64,000 nt of DNA from Candidatus Poribacteria bacterium (GTDB taxonomy: Bacteria > Poribacteria > WGA-4E > WGA-3G). The stretch covers positions 2,048,001-2,112,000 of the forward strand of contig OZ219753.1 in assembly GCA_964291315.2 (NCBI GenBank), in the 5' to 3' direction. A program made the translations under genes and the position numbers. The notes beneath the pieces were generated by a model. The model ran no database searches and was not told the DNA's origin. It saw only the letters and a list, made by a program, of their open reading frames with translations. Of this stretch, positions 47,002 to 58,100 are shown piece after piece. Within the stretch, counting starts at the first letter, position 1. Each line of letters starts with the position of its first letter.

Positions 47002-48800
47002 AATCCGCCTCCTTCCGCAGTAACGGGTTGATTCGAAGTTCCATCTGCAATTGGTGTGTATCCCGGAGTTTTCTGAACATCGGGGCTGAAAAATTCAGTT
47101 TGTTTTAAATATTGGATTGTTTGGGTAGCAACCGTTTGGAAAAGCGGCGCCGCGATCTGCCCACTGAAGCGTGCACCTCTGGGTTCATCGAGCATGACAA
47201 TTATTGAAACCACCGGATTCTCCGCAGGCAGAAATCCCATGAAAGACATAATTTCTTTGCCGAGGTAGCCTTTGCCGTTGAGTTCGGCTTTTTGGGCAGT
47301 TCCGGTCTTTCCAGCGACTCTGTAGCCTTCAACACGCGCGCGCTTACCACTCCCGTCTTCAACGACTCCGACAAGTATGTTTGTCATCTGTCTAGCGACT
47401 TCTGGACGTAGCACTTGTCGAACTTCAATAGGATATATTTTTTTAATTAGTTTCCCGCTATTGTCCTGAATTTCTCTCGCAATATATGGGCGTAGAAGTC
47501 TGCCATCATTCGCGATGACATTCAATGCAGTTAGCATCTGAAGGGGGGTTACCATAATTCCTTGTCCGAAAGGTACGGAGCCGAGAGAATGTATATCCCA
47601 ATGCTTGACTGCATGAAGGTTTCCTCTGTGTTCATATGGAAGATCGACACCCGTTGTTCTTCCAAAGCCGTAGCGCTCAATATAGGATCTGAAGTCTTTA
47701 TGTCCTAATTGTTTGACAATTTTAATCATCCCGATGTTGCTAGATTTGTGGAGCACCTGCTCTAAGGTTAGTGATCCTTTCCCTGAGACATCTCGTATGA
47801 CTCTGCCGTTGGCGAGTCGATACCGCCCGTTTTCACAAAACACGGTCGACTCAGATGTCATGATGCCCTCATTCAAGACAGCGGAAGCTGGAACAATTTT
47901 AAAAATCGATCCGGGTTCATACGCGAACCACACGCCAATATTACGTTTTGCCCCTTCACTCGCCTGGCCATAGGCATTTAAATCGTAAGATGGGTAGTTT
48001 GCAAGTGCCAATATTTCTGCTGTTTTTGATGCCAAAACGATGACCGTTCCGCGTGGCGCGTTCCACCGCTGGCAAGCTGCTGCTAATTCCTTCTCGGCGA
48101 CATATTGAATGTACTCGTCAAGTGTCAAAACGATACTATATCCATAATCGCTAGTGGAGTCACCATTGGTAAGTAAGTTTATCGGTTCGTTGCGTACTAA
48201 TGCTGCGCGATGAGCGGCTTGTCGTGCTTGTGCGTTTAGTAGATAATTATTGTACTGGTACTCAATTCCTTCGCCCATACTCTGATCGTTGATATGACCG
48301 ATCACCTGTGAAGCGAGTGCCCCCTTGGGGTAGACACGCTTCTGTTCAACCTCATGCTTTATACCGAGAATATCTTTCTCAATTGTGCGAATCTCATCGA
48401 GCATTCGATAATCGAGGTCTTTCTTCAACCAAACAAACCTTTTATCCTTGCGCCGGAGTTGGCGGAGGAGGTCCGACTCGGAGGCTCCTAGAATGGGTGC
48501 GAGTCTTTGAGCAGCGTTAATCGGATCGATCTTCATATATTTAGGATCCGCATAGACAGACAAACTATGGCGACTCATAGCCAGAACGTTTCCGTGTCTA
48601 TCGAGAATCTTGCCGCGCTTTATTTCTGCTGTGTGTGGAGAAAGCCAATCTTGTGAACCGGCTTCATACTGCGAAACACTACCAGATATCTGAATTTTGA
48701 ATAGTTTACTCACTAACAAGAGAAACCCGACTTGCATCAGAATAAGTGCAAAAACAAGGCGACGTATGGATAAATGCGATCTACTCTTCCGGTTTCTCAT
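46998..48800 (-). CDS. ftsI: Class B penicillin-binding protein FtsI
   Basis: RG.I.DR.G, EPGSIFK (SxxK), SSN, KTGTAQK. Confidence 0.93.
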   Translation of the reverse strand: MRNRKSRSHLSIRRLVFALILMQVGFLLLVSKLFKIQISGSVSQYEAGSQDWLSPHTAEIKRGKILDRHGNVLAMSRHSLSVYADPKYMKIDPINAAQRLAPILGASESDLLRQLRRKDKRFVWLKKDLDYRMLDEIRTIEKDILGIKHEVEQKRVYPKGALASQVIGHINDQSMGEGIEYQYNNYLLNAQARQAAHRAALVRNEPINLLTNGDSTSDYGYSIVLTLDEYIQYVAEKELAAACQRWNAPRGTVIVLASKTAEILALANYPSYDLNAYGQASEGAKRNIGVWFAYEPGSIFKIVPASAVLNEGIMTSESTVFCENGRYRLANGRVIRDVSGKGSLTLEQVLHKSSNIGMIKIVKQLGHKDFRSYIERYGFGRTTGVDLPYEHRGNLHAVKHWDIHSLGSVPFGQGIMVTPLQMLTALNVIANDGRLLRPYIAREIQDNSGKLIKKIYPIEVRQVLRPEVARQMTNILVGVVEDGSGKRARVEGYRVAGKTGTAQKAELNGKGYLGKEIMSFMGFLPAENPVVSIIVMLDEPRGARFSGQIAAPLFQTVATQTIQYLKQTEFFSPDVQKTPGYTPIADGTSNQPVTAEGGGL

Positions 48801-48848
48801 ATTATTAAATCAAAATACTTTAAAGCATTCTACTTGGGAAATCTGAAA

Positions 48849-49172
48849 TTACTTATTCCAAATGATCCGTGAGGTTTCAGTAGGTTCAACCAGGCCGATC
48901 TCAGCAGCGATTTTCCTGATTCTCTGAACAGAGGTTAATGTTGATTTTTCCAATTCAAGTTGATAAATCTCATCTTGAATTCGATGTTTCTGCCTTTCAT
49001 AGATAGGCTGGTGTTGTAAAGCGACTTTCTTGGCGTAGGATGAAAACCAAATGCTTCCAGCGAGGGTACAGAAGGACAGTGCCAACAGCATATGAACCAC
49101 GGGAAATCTTTTTTTCGATCTGGGCTCCTCTGGTTTGGTAAGGCGTACTGAATGTTGATCTGATATGTGCAT
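48849..49172 (-). CDS. ftsL: FtsL-like cell division protein
   Basis: Single TM helix plus leucine-zipper-like segment, RI..IA..IGL..P; canonical position between rsmH and ftsI. Confidence 0.65.
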   Translation of the reverse strand: MHISDQHSVRLTKPEEPRSKKRFPVVHMLLALSFCTLAGSIWFSSYAKKVALQHQPIYERQKHRIQDEIYQLELEKSTLTSVQRIRKIAAEIGLVEPTETSRIIWNK

Positions 49173-49368
49173 TTACTTTGCTTCTTAAGCGAGGCTATAG
49201 AGGAGAACACGGCACCCTCTTTCTTGCTCGATGTATAATTTTTGCTATTCATCTACATACAATGGATAGACGAGTACCATCTATTAACATTTCAACGTTG
49301 AATTTTGTATTTAAGGTACATTTTTTTCAATTATGACAACGGGTACCTCTACTGTCGACAATATTGGA

Positions 49369-50334
49369 TTATAATTTGCGTGCAGCACGCAATTTAGCAC
49401 TCCTCGCTCGCGGGTTATGTTGTATTGCAGATGCATCTGAAACAATAGGACGCTTCGTTAGAATTTGTAAAGACGGTTTGTGTCCACAAATACAAATTGG
49501 GGTTTTGGGTGGACAGAGACACTCCTTTGCACACCGCTGGAACCGTCGTTTGACTATCCTATCCTCAAGCGAATGAAAGGTAATAACGCAGAAACATCCA
49601 CCGGGGTTCAAGATGCCGATAGCAGCATCTAAACCAGCCTCAAGATTCTCTAACTCGCTATTAACATGGATCCGTAGTGCCTGGAACACACGGGTGGCTG
49701 GATGGATTTTGGACCTCTTCTGAGGGACAACACTTTTGATAATTTCTGCAAGGTGTGTTGTCGTTGTTATTGCCTTCAGTTGTCTTGCTTTAACAATCCG
49801 AGCGGCAATCCGTTTAGAGAAACGTTCCTCCGCATACCGTTTGAAGATACCAACCAAGGTGTCCATGGAGCTATTGTTGACGATCTGCATAGCTGTAGGG
49901 TGCACGGTCTGATCATGAGCTGACCTATGCTCGTTTCTCATACGCATGTCTAGAGGCCCGGGGTGCTTAAAACTAAACCCACGGTGCGGTGTATCCAATT
50001 GCAACGATGATACCCCCAAATCAAGCAGAACACCATCTACAGCGTAAATGGAGTATTTCTGAAGCAAAATATGCATCTCTGCGAAATTGCCGTTAATGAG
50101 ATTGCACCGCTCCTCGAAAGAACTTAGTCTCTTCTTGGCAATAGCGAGGGCTTCAGAATCCAAATCAATTCCGATGACGCGTCCAGTTGGTGCAGAGGCG
50201 TTTAGGATAGCAGAACTGTGTCCGCCCAATCCGACAGTACCATCTACATAAACACCTGTGGGTTGCGGTTTGAGAAATTCAAGCACTCTGTCACATAGAA
50301 CGGGTATGTGCTGTGTATTCATAATCTGTCCCAA
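49369..50334 (-). CDS. rsmH: 16S rRNA m4C1402 methyltransferase RsmH
   Basis: HIPVL, D.TVG.GGHS, DLGVSS.QLD...RGFSF, PLDMRM, FQALRI.VN.EL, FHSLEDRIVK, NPRARSAKLR. Confidence 0.97.
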   Translation of the reverse strand: MGQIMNTQHIPVLCDRVLEFLKPQPTGVYVDGTVGLGGHSSAILNASAPTGRVIGIDLDSEALAIAKKRLSSFEERCNLINGNFAEMHILLQKYSIYAVDGVLLDLGVSSLQLDTPHRGFSFKHPGPLDMRMRNEHRSAHDQTVHPTAMQIVNNSSMDTLVGIFKRYAEERFSKRIAARIVKARQLKAITTTTHLAEIIKSVVPQKRSKIHPATRVFQALRIHVNSELENLEAGLDAAIGILNPGGCFCVITFHSLEDRIVKRRFQRCAKECLCPPKTPICICGHKPSLQILTKRPIVSDASAIQHNPRARSAKLRAARKL

Positions 50335-50370
50335 TACGACTACACTCTTAACCTACTTAAATAGTCTGTA

Positions 50371-50388
50371 TAGCAAGAAACATGCCAA
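50371..50388 (-). promoter_or_regulatory. Sigma54 (-24/-12) promoter upstream of rsmH/dcw
   Basis: Minus strand TTGGCATGTTTCTTGCTA; GG-N10-GC spacing; about 36 nt before the start codon. Confidence 0.65.
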
Positions 50389-50819
50389 TCCATTCTGATA
50401 CTTTATTGCCGGTCTAGCCGTCTATGCAATTTTGATAGATCGCCGATACAAGTTCCATTGTTTTGAATGCATCAGGAAAGGCTGATTTTCCTGAATAGCA
50501 TCTGCAAAATGGGACTCTCCGCGTAAAAGGAGTGTATCCATAGCGTGGATTGCATCGCATGTCGAAATATCTATTAATCCGTCACAATAGTGGGTGCCCT
50601 GCGTGCTTTTATGAAAAGTCGACATACATTGGATAATTGGCCGGTGTTCCTCAACCATCTTGTAATTGAATCTTAAAGTTTCATGTCATAGATACGGTTT
50701 ACATGCTTGTTCGGGAAAAATCGCCTGCCTCAAACAAATTTGGGAAGCCATCAACGGGAGTTCTTCACATAAGTATTTTTTTTCTTAAAACTAAATAGTC
50801 CTAAATTACTGCTTCTCGC

Positions 50820-50848
50820 TTGTATATTATAGGAAAAGATGTTAAAAT
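50820..50848 (+). promoter_or_regulatory. Sigma70-type promoter for the hydantoinase B gene
   Basis: TTGTAT-N17-TAAAAT with TG extension. Confidence 0.45.
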
Positions 50849-50913
50849 TGCAGCTAACTTCTGTAGAAATTAGTCTTATTTACCAACTCACACGATAACG
50901 ATAAGTAACAAAC

Positions 50914-52485
50914 ATGGATCCTATTAGATTAGAACTTTATAAAAACGTATTAACCTCGGTTGCAGAGGAGATGGGTGTAACGCTCCAGCGGACAGCATTT
51001 TCACCGAACATCAAAGAGCGCCTTGATTTTTCGTGTGCTGTGTTCGACTGCATTGGAAAAATGGTTGCACAAGCCGCCCATATTCCGGTGCATCTTGGCT
51101 CGATGCCGCTCTCGGTACTTGCTGCGATTGCGCACACGGAGATGGTACCCGGAGATATGATTGCTCTCAATGATCCGTATCGTGGTGGTACACATCTGCC
51201 GGACATTACGCTTGTCGCGCCTGTTTTTTCATCTGAGCAAGCAGAGTCGGCAAGGAGGCATCCGGTATTCTATGTCGCGAATCGTGCGCATCACGCGGAC
51301 GTTGGCGGCATGCGTCCAGGTTCAATGCCTATTGCGACGAGTGTAATTCAGGAGGGTATCCGGATCCCGCCTGTTAAGCTCATCCGAGGCGGCGAACTCA
51401 ATCGTGATTTGTGGGAATTAATTCTCGCCAACGTGCGCATTCCTGAAGAGCGTCGGGGTGATATAGAAGCGCAACTTGCTGCCAATCGCGTCGGTGAACG
51501 CCGTTTACAAGAGATAGTCGCTAAATACGGGCCATCAGAAATTGCGGCTTCTATGGAAGAACTGTGTGCGTACGCTAGTCGAATGGTGCGTGCACGTTTA
51601 TGGACGATTCCGGATGGACGCTACGTATATGCTGATGCGCTTGACAACGACGGTATTGTTGATGAACCGATCGAAATCCGCGTTGTAATCGAAATTAAAG
51701 GTGACACAGCAGTCGTTGATTTCACTGGAACGGCCCCGCAAGCACGAGGTTCTGTCAATGCTATCTACGCTATTACCCTCTCAGCAGTCTTTTACGTTTT
51801 CCGATGTATTGCCGGTGAGGATGTGCCTGCTAATGCCGGATGTTTAGAGCCTATTCAGGTCATTGCGCCGGAAGGGAGCATTGTGAATGCTAAGTTTCCG
51901 GCTGCAGTTGCGGGTGGAAACGTGGAAACGTCACAACGTATTGTTGATGTACTTCTCGGTGCCTTGGCGCAAGCTTGTCCGGATCAGATTCCTGCGGCGA
52001 GTTCCGGCACGATGAACAACCTTACAATAGGAGGTTATGACGCTCTCCGCGGGAAGGAATTTACCTATTATGAAACTATTGCGGGCGGAATGGGTGCGCG
52101 CCCAAATTCGGATGGCATCGATGCTATCCATACACATATGACGAATACGATGAATACCCCGATAGAGGCAATTGAGACGAACTATCCGATGCAAGTGATG
52201 GAGTATGCAATCCGCCGCGGAACAGGGGGCGAGGGTGATTTTTGCGGTGGGGCAGGTATCGTTCGATCATTGCGTCTACTGACAGACGCAGAGGTCACTA
52301 TCCTTTCAGATCGGCGAACACGAGGTCCGTACGGTTTAGGAAACGGAGACCCGGGGCAACCGGGAAGGAACGTCCTCATTTCTGATGGCGCAGAGCAGCA
52401 GTTGGCGGGGAAAGTGTCAATTTCTACGTCCGAAGGGGATATCATTCGGATAGAAACCCCTGGGGGTGGCGGTTTTTCATCTTAG
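50914..52485 (+). CDS. Hydantoinase B / 5-oxoprolinase subunit
   Basis: S.AEEMG, SPNIKER.DFSCA, HIPVHLGSM, NDPY.GGTHLPD, HHADVGG, GNVETSQR, TPGGGG. Confidence 0.93.
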   Translation: MDPIRLELYKNVLTSVAEEMGVTLQRTAFSPNIKERLDFSCAVFDCIGKMVAQAAHIPVHLGSMPLSVLAAIAHTEMVPGDMIALNDPYRGGTHLPDITLVAPVFSSEQAESARRHPVFYVANRAHHADVGGMRPGSMPIATSVIQEGIRIPPVKLIRGGELNRDLWELILANVRIPEERRGDIEAQLAANRVGERRLQEIVAKYGPSEIAASMEELCAYASRMVRARLWTIPDGRYVYADALDNDGIVDEPIEIRVVIEIKGDTAVVDFTGTAPQARGSVNAIYAITLSAVFYVFRCIAGEDVPANAGCLEPIQVIAPEGSIVNAKFPAAVAGGNVETSQRIVDVLLGALAQACPDQIPAASSGTMNNLTIGGYDALRGKEFTYYETIAGGMGARPNSDGIDAIHTHMTNTMNTPIEAIETNYPMQVMEYAIRRGTGGEGDFCGGAGIVRSLRLLTDAEVTILSDRRTRGPYGLGNGDPGQPGRNVLISDGAEQQLAGKVSISTSEGDIIRIETPGGGGFSS

Positions 52486-52529
52486 TGCCTCATGTTCAAA
52501 TGGAAAAAGAACGGACAAATATGAACAAA

Positions 52530-52902
52530 GGCTTGAGTTGAGAATAAGCCGGATTCTGTATATGATGATCATTCATCTGGGATGGATGTTACCATCCACC
52601 TCAAGCGGTCACCTCGGGAAAGGCGGGCACACCTTATGTTCCGCTATCTACCTTGCTCCAGATGGGGTTTACCGAGCTCCATAAGTCACCTTATGGACTG
52701 GTGCGCTTTTACCGCACCGTTTCACCTGTACAACGCCCGATTTGTTAGACAAAAGTGGGTGTTGTAGTCTACTTTCTGTTGCACTTTCCATAGCGTCGCC
52801 GCTCCTGGGGATTACCCAGCATCCTGCCCTGCGGAGTCCGGACTTTCCTCATCCCGATTGTAAAACTACCTTCGAGACGTGACCATCTACTCAACTCAAG
52901 CC
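52530..52902 (-). ncRNA. rnpB: RNase P RNA (bacterial type A)
   Basis: Minus strand GAGGAAAGTCCGGACTC, GAAAGTGCAACAGAA, GGTGAAACGGTGCGGTAAAAGCGCACC, GGTAAACCCC...GAGCAA, ACAGAATCCGGCTTA; 13-bp terminal P1 helix. Confidence 0.97.
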
Positions 52903-52907
52903 CTTCT

Positions 52908-52937
52908 ATTATAACATAGCTGGCACCTTAAAGGCAA
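52908..52937 (-). promoter_or_regulatory. rnpB promoter
   Basis: TTGCCT-N18-TATAAT with extended TG. Confidence 0.55.
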
Positions 52938-52973
52938 AAAGAGAAGGAACAGCCAAAGAGATTCCACAAAACA

Positions 52974-55049
52974 CTAAAACGCATTTGCGACCCGGACGAG
53001 GTCTAGCACATTCACAACGCCATCCCTATTCAGATCGGGCGATGTGCCTCCCAACGCATTTGAAACAATCACTAAATCTAATATGTTGACGACACCGTCG
53101 CGGTTAATGTCTTCAGGCTGTAAGAAACGCTGCTGCTCACGGACTTCCTTAAGATACATTTCTCCGTCTAAATCAGGGATCGTGTGCCAGTGAGCGTTTA
53201 CTTTGCTATGCCAGCCTGTTGCCTTCTCTGGCAAGTAGATACTTCTCTCTTTGCCGCTGCGGTTGTAGACAGCCCAACCGTTAGTGAATTCACGGATAAA
53301 TAATCCATCTATTTTAACACCCCTCGGGGTTTTATACAACACGCCTTTCGTCTCATTCCCACCGATAGGACGACCCAGATCGGCATCCCAAAAATCATAC
53401 CAGATCTCAACTTTATTTGCAAGATGCGACGGCTTATGTTGCACACTGGTATATCCATCCGAAAAGGTGAGGCTTCGGGCTGTAAAGAGGCGCATCCATC
53501 TGATATTATCAGGACTATCTGGCGCTTGACTAGGAATTAACTTGACTTCTGACCAATTGAGCTGTGGAGTCCGCATCTTTTTTTCAAAATGTAGGAGAGC
53601 TGCTTCGGTGTCTTGAAGTGTTTTATAACTATATCCTATAGAAGTGGGTTCCGGCATTTCGTTTGCACTTCCGTTCACATACTCAACAAGAGCACCCACA
53701 TTTTCGATAGAGGATCCATTGATAACGATTAAAAAGTTGTCTCTCGTATGTTCTCGTATCTGCTGCAAAATTCTAATTTTGGCTGCGATAATCTCCGAAT
53801 CTGTTGCGGGATCCAAATGGCGCCACGCCCAACCGATATGTTCATCAAAGGCTAGCCCGTCGTAAAGTCCACAACCTGCAATTTTGACATACTTCTCGAC
53901 AAGTTTTTCCTGAGCGGAAGGGTTTGTAATATCAAATAGATATTCCTTCCATTCGCCACCTCCTCCATAGCCAAATACCTGTTCACCGTTCTCATCTCTT
54001 AAATAGACATCAGAATCGATGGGAAATTCGGTTCCGTCTCCGTAGGACATTCTTGCAGGATAAAAAAAGAGGAGGTCTGGATTCCGTTCTCGGAGCTGTC
54101 GGTGTAATATCTCTGATGTCTCCAAATTACCAGAGATAAAAATGGAGAGACCGTTTCCTCTTGCTTTCAAGGGAAATTCGGGTGCCCAGATATAATCGTA
54201 TCGACTGACTTTTTCGAGAGAACCTCTATGGGGCCACAAAGCAACGGAAGGAAAAGCCCTATTCTGAATTTTTTCAACGGAGGGTGTTAAAGGGTCAACC
54301 TCACACGTGGCATCGTATTCAAATCGTGTGAGATTCAATCCAGAGAGTGGACTGAAATCACCGATCGGATTATCGCGAAGAATTAATTCGCGAAGATGCG
54401 TCAACGTCTTGAGTGGAGATACATCTGTAATCTGACAGGCTTGTAAATTTAAATGCTCTAAAATCGTCAGCCCCGTCACTGGAGAAAGATCCGATATCGA
54501 ATTGTGTGCGAGTACGAGAAACTTGAGGTTTTTCAATCCTGCTAGTGGGGAAATATCCGCTATTTGGTTGCAGCAAAGATCTAAATGCTCTAAGTTTACG
54601 AGAGCTGCTAGTAAGCTTACGTCCCTGATCTGATTGAGTCCCAGATTTAAACCGACGAGTGCGCGCAGCTCAATTAAAGAAGATAGATCACTGATCTGAT
54701 TCCCAAACAGACTGATGTGCGATAATTTCGATAGGTGTTGAAGTGGACTTATATCTTGGATGTGATTACCACCTAAATCGAAATTTGTCAGGTTTAGCGC
54801 GAATTCCAAGCCCGATATGTTAGTAATGCCTTTATCCGTTGCATCAAGACTAGTCAACCAGATAATATTCTGTTTTGTTAGCGGAACAGGGGCTGGTAAT
54901 GCAAGGGTCTCTCGAACAGCTTCTCGCAATACTTCATCTGGCATCCAATCTTCCACATTTTCCGCATACACAAACGGGTTAGAGATGAATAATCCGAAAA
55001 TTGCAAACAAAAGCGGTTTCATGTAACACATAACAGTCTGTGTCTTCAT
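52974..55049 (-). CDS. Secreted LRR (internalin-like) protein with putative glycoside-hydrolase-like domain and dockerin-like tail
   Basis: Signal peptide; WMPD..LR.AVR cap; L..L.L..NQISDLSPL repeats; YDGLAFD; IREFTNGWAVYNRSG; EDINRDGVVNILDLV repeated twice. Confidence 0.8.
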   Translation of the reverse strand: MKTQTVMCYMKPLLFAIFGLFISNPFVYAENVEDWMPDEVLREAVRETLALPAPVPLTKQNIIWLTSLDATDKGITNISGLEFALNLTNFDLGGNHIQDISPLQHLSKLSHISLFGNQISDLSSLIELRALVGLNLGLNQIRDVSLLAALVNLEHLDLCCNQIADISPLAGLKNLKFLVLAHNSISDLSPVTGLTILEHLNLQACQITDVSPLKTLTHLRELILRDNPIGDFSPLSGLNLTRFEYDATCEVDPLTPSVEKIQNRAFPSVALWPHRGSLEKVSRYDYIWAPEFPLKARGNGLSIFISGNLETSEILHRQLRERNPDLLFFYPARMSYGDGTEFPIDSDVYLRDENGEQVFGYGGGGEWKEYLFDITNPSAQEKLVEKYVKIAGCGLYDGLAFDEHIGWAWRHLDPATDSEIIAAKIRILQQIREHTRDNFLIVINGSSIENVGALVEYVNGSANEMPEPTSIGYSYKTLQDTEAALLHFEKKMRTPQLNWSEVKLIPSQAPDSPDNIRWMRLFTARSLTFSDGYTSVQHKPSHLANKVEIWYDFWDADLGRPIGGNETKGVLYKTPRGVKIDGLFIREFTNGWAVYNRSGKERSIYLPEKATGWHSKVNAHWHTIPDLDGEMYLKEVREQQRFLQPEDINRDGVVNILDLVIVSNALGGTSPDLNRDGVVNVLDLVRVANAF

Positions 55050-55102
55050 CTGTGTTTTCCTTTCTCTACCATATTCCGTCTTGATCTTTTTAGGCTGCGC
55101 CC

Positions 55103-58100
55103 TTAGGAACAGCCGCTTGTTGCGCCGCAATTAGCACAACGATAGCAAACCCCGCTTCTTACCATAAGGGCACCGCATTCGAGGCATGGTGGGGCATCTG
55201 CGTATTGCAGAACAATTTGTTTCTCGCGCTCAATCCAAGTCTCGGCTTCACCGTTGCTCCCATGTCCAAAAGGATGAAGCTCCTCAGGCGGGACCAGCTG
55301 TTCATCAAAATCTAGAGCATCCTGACTTTCTTGTGGTTCTGCAGAGAGAAACTTTTCGCCGAGCCATCGAAACACATAGTCCATAATAGACTTGGCCATT
55401 GGAATATTGGCGTTTGATGTGAAACCAGAGGGTTCAAATCGAACATGACTGAACTTATTGACGAGTGACTCCAACGGGACACCGTATTGTAAGGCAACAG
55501 AAGTGAGGATAGCAACGGAATCCATCAACCCAGAAATAACAGACCCTTCCTTGTTCATGCGGAGGAAGACTTCCCCAGGGCTCCCGTCCTCATAAAGTCC
55601 GACGTGTAGGTAACCTTCATGACCACCGATGCTGAATTTGTGAGCGATAGCGCGTCGCTCGTCTGGTAAACGTCGCCGAGTAGGGTGCTCAGGTGGAAGT
55701 TCTACAGGATCCTTGAGGGCAACACGAGTTCTCTCATCTTCGGTATCTTGTTGGCTTCGGGTAGAGAGCGGTTGACTGCCTTTGCTGCCGTCACGATACA
55801 CGGCAAGGCATTTAACACCGGTTCGCCATGCTTCCACATATAAGGTCTTGATGTCTTCTACAGTTGCATCATGAGGGACATTGACCGTCTTAGAAATAGC
55901 ACCGGAGATAAAAGGTTGAACGGCCGCCATCATCTTCAAGGGGCCCATGTGATTTATATAACGAGTTCCATATTTCCCACATTGAACAGCGCAATCGAAA
56001 ACAGGGTAGTGTGTGGCGGAGAGATGTGGTGCCCCTTCAACCGTACCTGTGCCGCAGATGACTTCTTCAGCGGTTGTGATCTCATCTTCATCAAATCCGA
56101 TCGTAGAGAGAAGGTTAAAATTCGGAGCTGCTGCCTCTTCCTCGGTTATACCTAATCGTTTGAGGCAGTCTTCACCAAGGAAACCGGGAGCGAAAGCGAG
56201 ATTTAAGTCAAATGCACTCGGTAAAGTTTCAGCAACGCGAGCGATGTCGGCTTGTGTGAAACCTTTCCGTTTCAGCGTTTCTGAATTGATATGGGGCGTT
56301 CCGTCAAAGGTACCGGTGCCGACCAGATATGTAATAATCGACTCGGTCTGCTGGAGAGTGTAACCAAGGTTATGCAAGGCATCGCGGACGCTCTGGTTAA
56401 CAATCTTCATGTATCCGCCGCCAGCGAGTTTCTTGAATTTAACGAGGGCAAATTCTGGTTCAATTCCGGTTGTGTCACAATCCATGAGGAAAGAGATAGT
56501 GCCTGTTGGTGCAATAACGCTGACTTGGGAATTCCGGTAGCCCCACTGCTCACCGGTTTGGAGACAGATATCCCAATCTGATTTCGCTGCGTCCAAAAGT
56601 TCCGGTGGACAAACAGCTTCATCAAGGGCGTAAGCAGCATCGCGGTGGAGTTGTATAACGTCTAACATCGGATCTCTATTATTAGCGTAACCGTTAAAAG
56701 TTCCGATACTTTTAGCGATTTCTGCGCTTGTGCGATAGCCATGTCCGGTCAGGATAGCGGTAATAGAGCCGGCATAAGCAACAGCTTGTGCACTATCGTA
56801 AGGAACCCCTAAGCGCATCAAGAGGGCACCAAGGTTAGCGTAGCCAAGTCCGAGTGGACGGTATTCATGAGAACGTTGTGCTATCTTTGCTGTTGGATAC
56901 GAAGAAAGATTCACTATAATTTCCATCGCGGTGATAAACACGCGAACTGTCGCGCGAAAACCTTCAATATCAAAGGTATTATCATCTGTCAAGAATTTAG
57001 CAAGGTTAATGCTGGCGAGGTTGCAAGCAGAATCGTCTAAGAAAAGGTACTCGCTACAAGGATTACTTGCATTAATCCTATCTGTATTTTTACAAGTATG
57101 CCATTTCTGAATAGTGCTGTCAAACTGAACGCCTGGGTCGGCACATGCCCATGCAGCATAGGTAATCTTTTCCATGAGGGTTCTAGCATCATACTCCTCA
57201 GCGACTTCCCCGGTTGTGCGATAGGTAGTTTTCCATGAATCACCTTGGAGATAAGCCCTCATAAAATCATCCGGAATCCTCACAGAGTTATTGCTATTCT
57301 GTCCGCTTACAGTGCTATATGCTTCACCGTTGAAGTCGGCTGGATACCCGGCAGCGATAAGTGCTTTTGCTTTATTTTCTTCTCTGAGTTTCCAGTCAAT
57401 ATAGTCAACAATTTCCGGATGGTCCATGTCGAGGATAACCATTTTTGCTGCGCGTCTCGTGGTACCCCCTGACTTAATGCTGCCGGCCCACCGATCAAAA
57501 CCTTCAAGGAAAGAGAGGACTCCGGAGCTTTCCCCGCCTCCGGAGAGGAGTTCACCCTTAGCACGAACTTGACTAAAATTAGAGCCGGTTCCACTGCCGT
57601 ATTTAAAGAGTCTGACTTCGGATTTCTGGAGGTCTAACATAGAGTCCAAGGAATCATCAACGCTTTGGATAAAACAGGCGGAGTTTTGCGGGTGCTCGTA
57701 CGCGTTCGTAGTGACTTGGACGCTTTTTTTATTCCGGTCCCAATAGTAGCTTCCGCCGCCGCCCTCAATATTATATTCATGCCATAAACCACAGTTAAAC
57801 CAAACGGGTGAGTTGAAAGCAGCGCGTTGTGTAGCTAGGATGTGTGTCAATTCCATCTCAAATGTCTGCGCGTCCTCAGCGGTGGCGAAATAGCCACCGA
57901 ACTCTTCACCTGCGCGGCGGAGCGTCCGTGCGACCCGGGTAACTAATTGACGGACGCTATCCTCTGCCCCTGTATCGGGAACCCCAGCTTTTCGGAAATA
58001 TTTTGATGCAGCAATATCTGTGGCAAGTTGGGTCCAGTTCGCTGGCACCTCAACCTGCTCCTGTTTAAAGATGACATCGCCCTTCTCATTGTAAATTATG

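Noticed and set aside
48935-49252. Possible 1-nt frameshift joining an upstream 27-codon segment to ftsL
   Set aside because: The 107-aa ORF is already a complete FtsL-sized product; cannot be resolved without orthologs.
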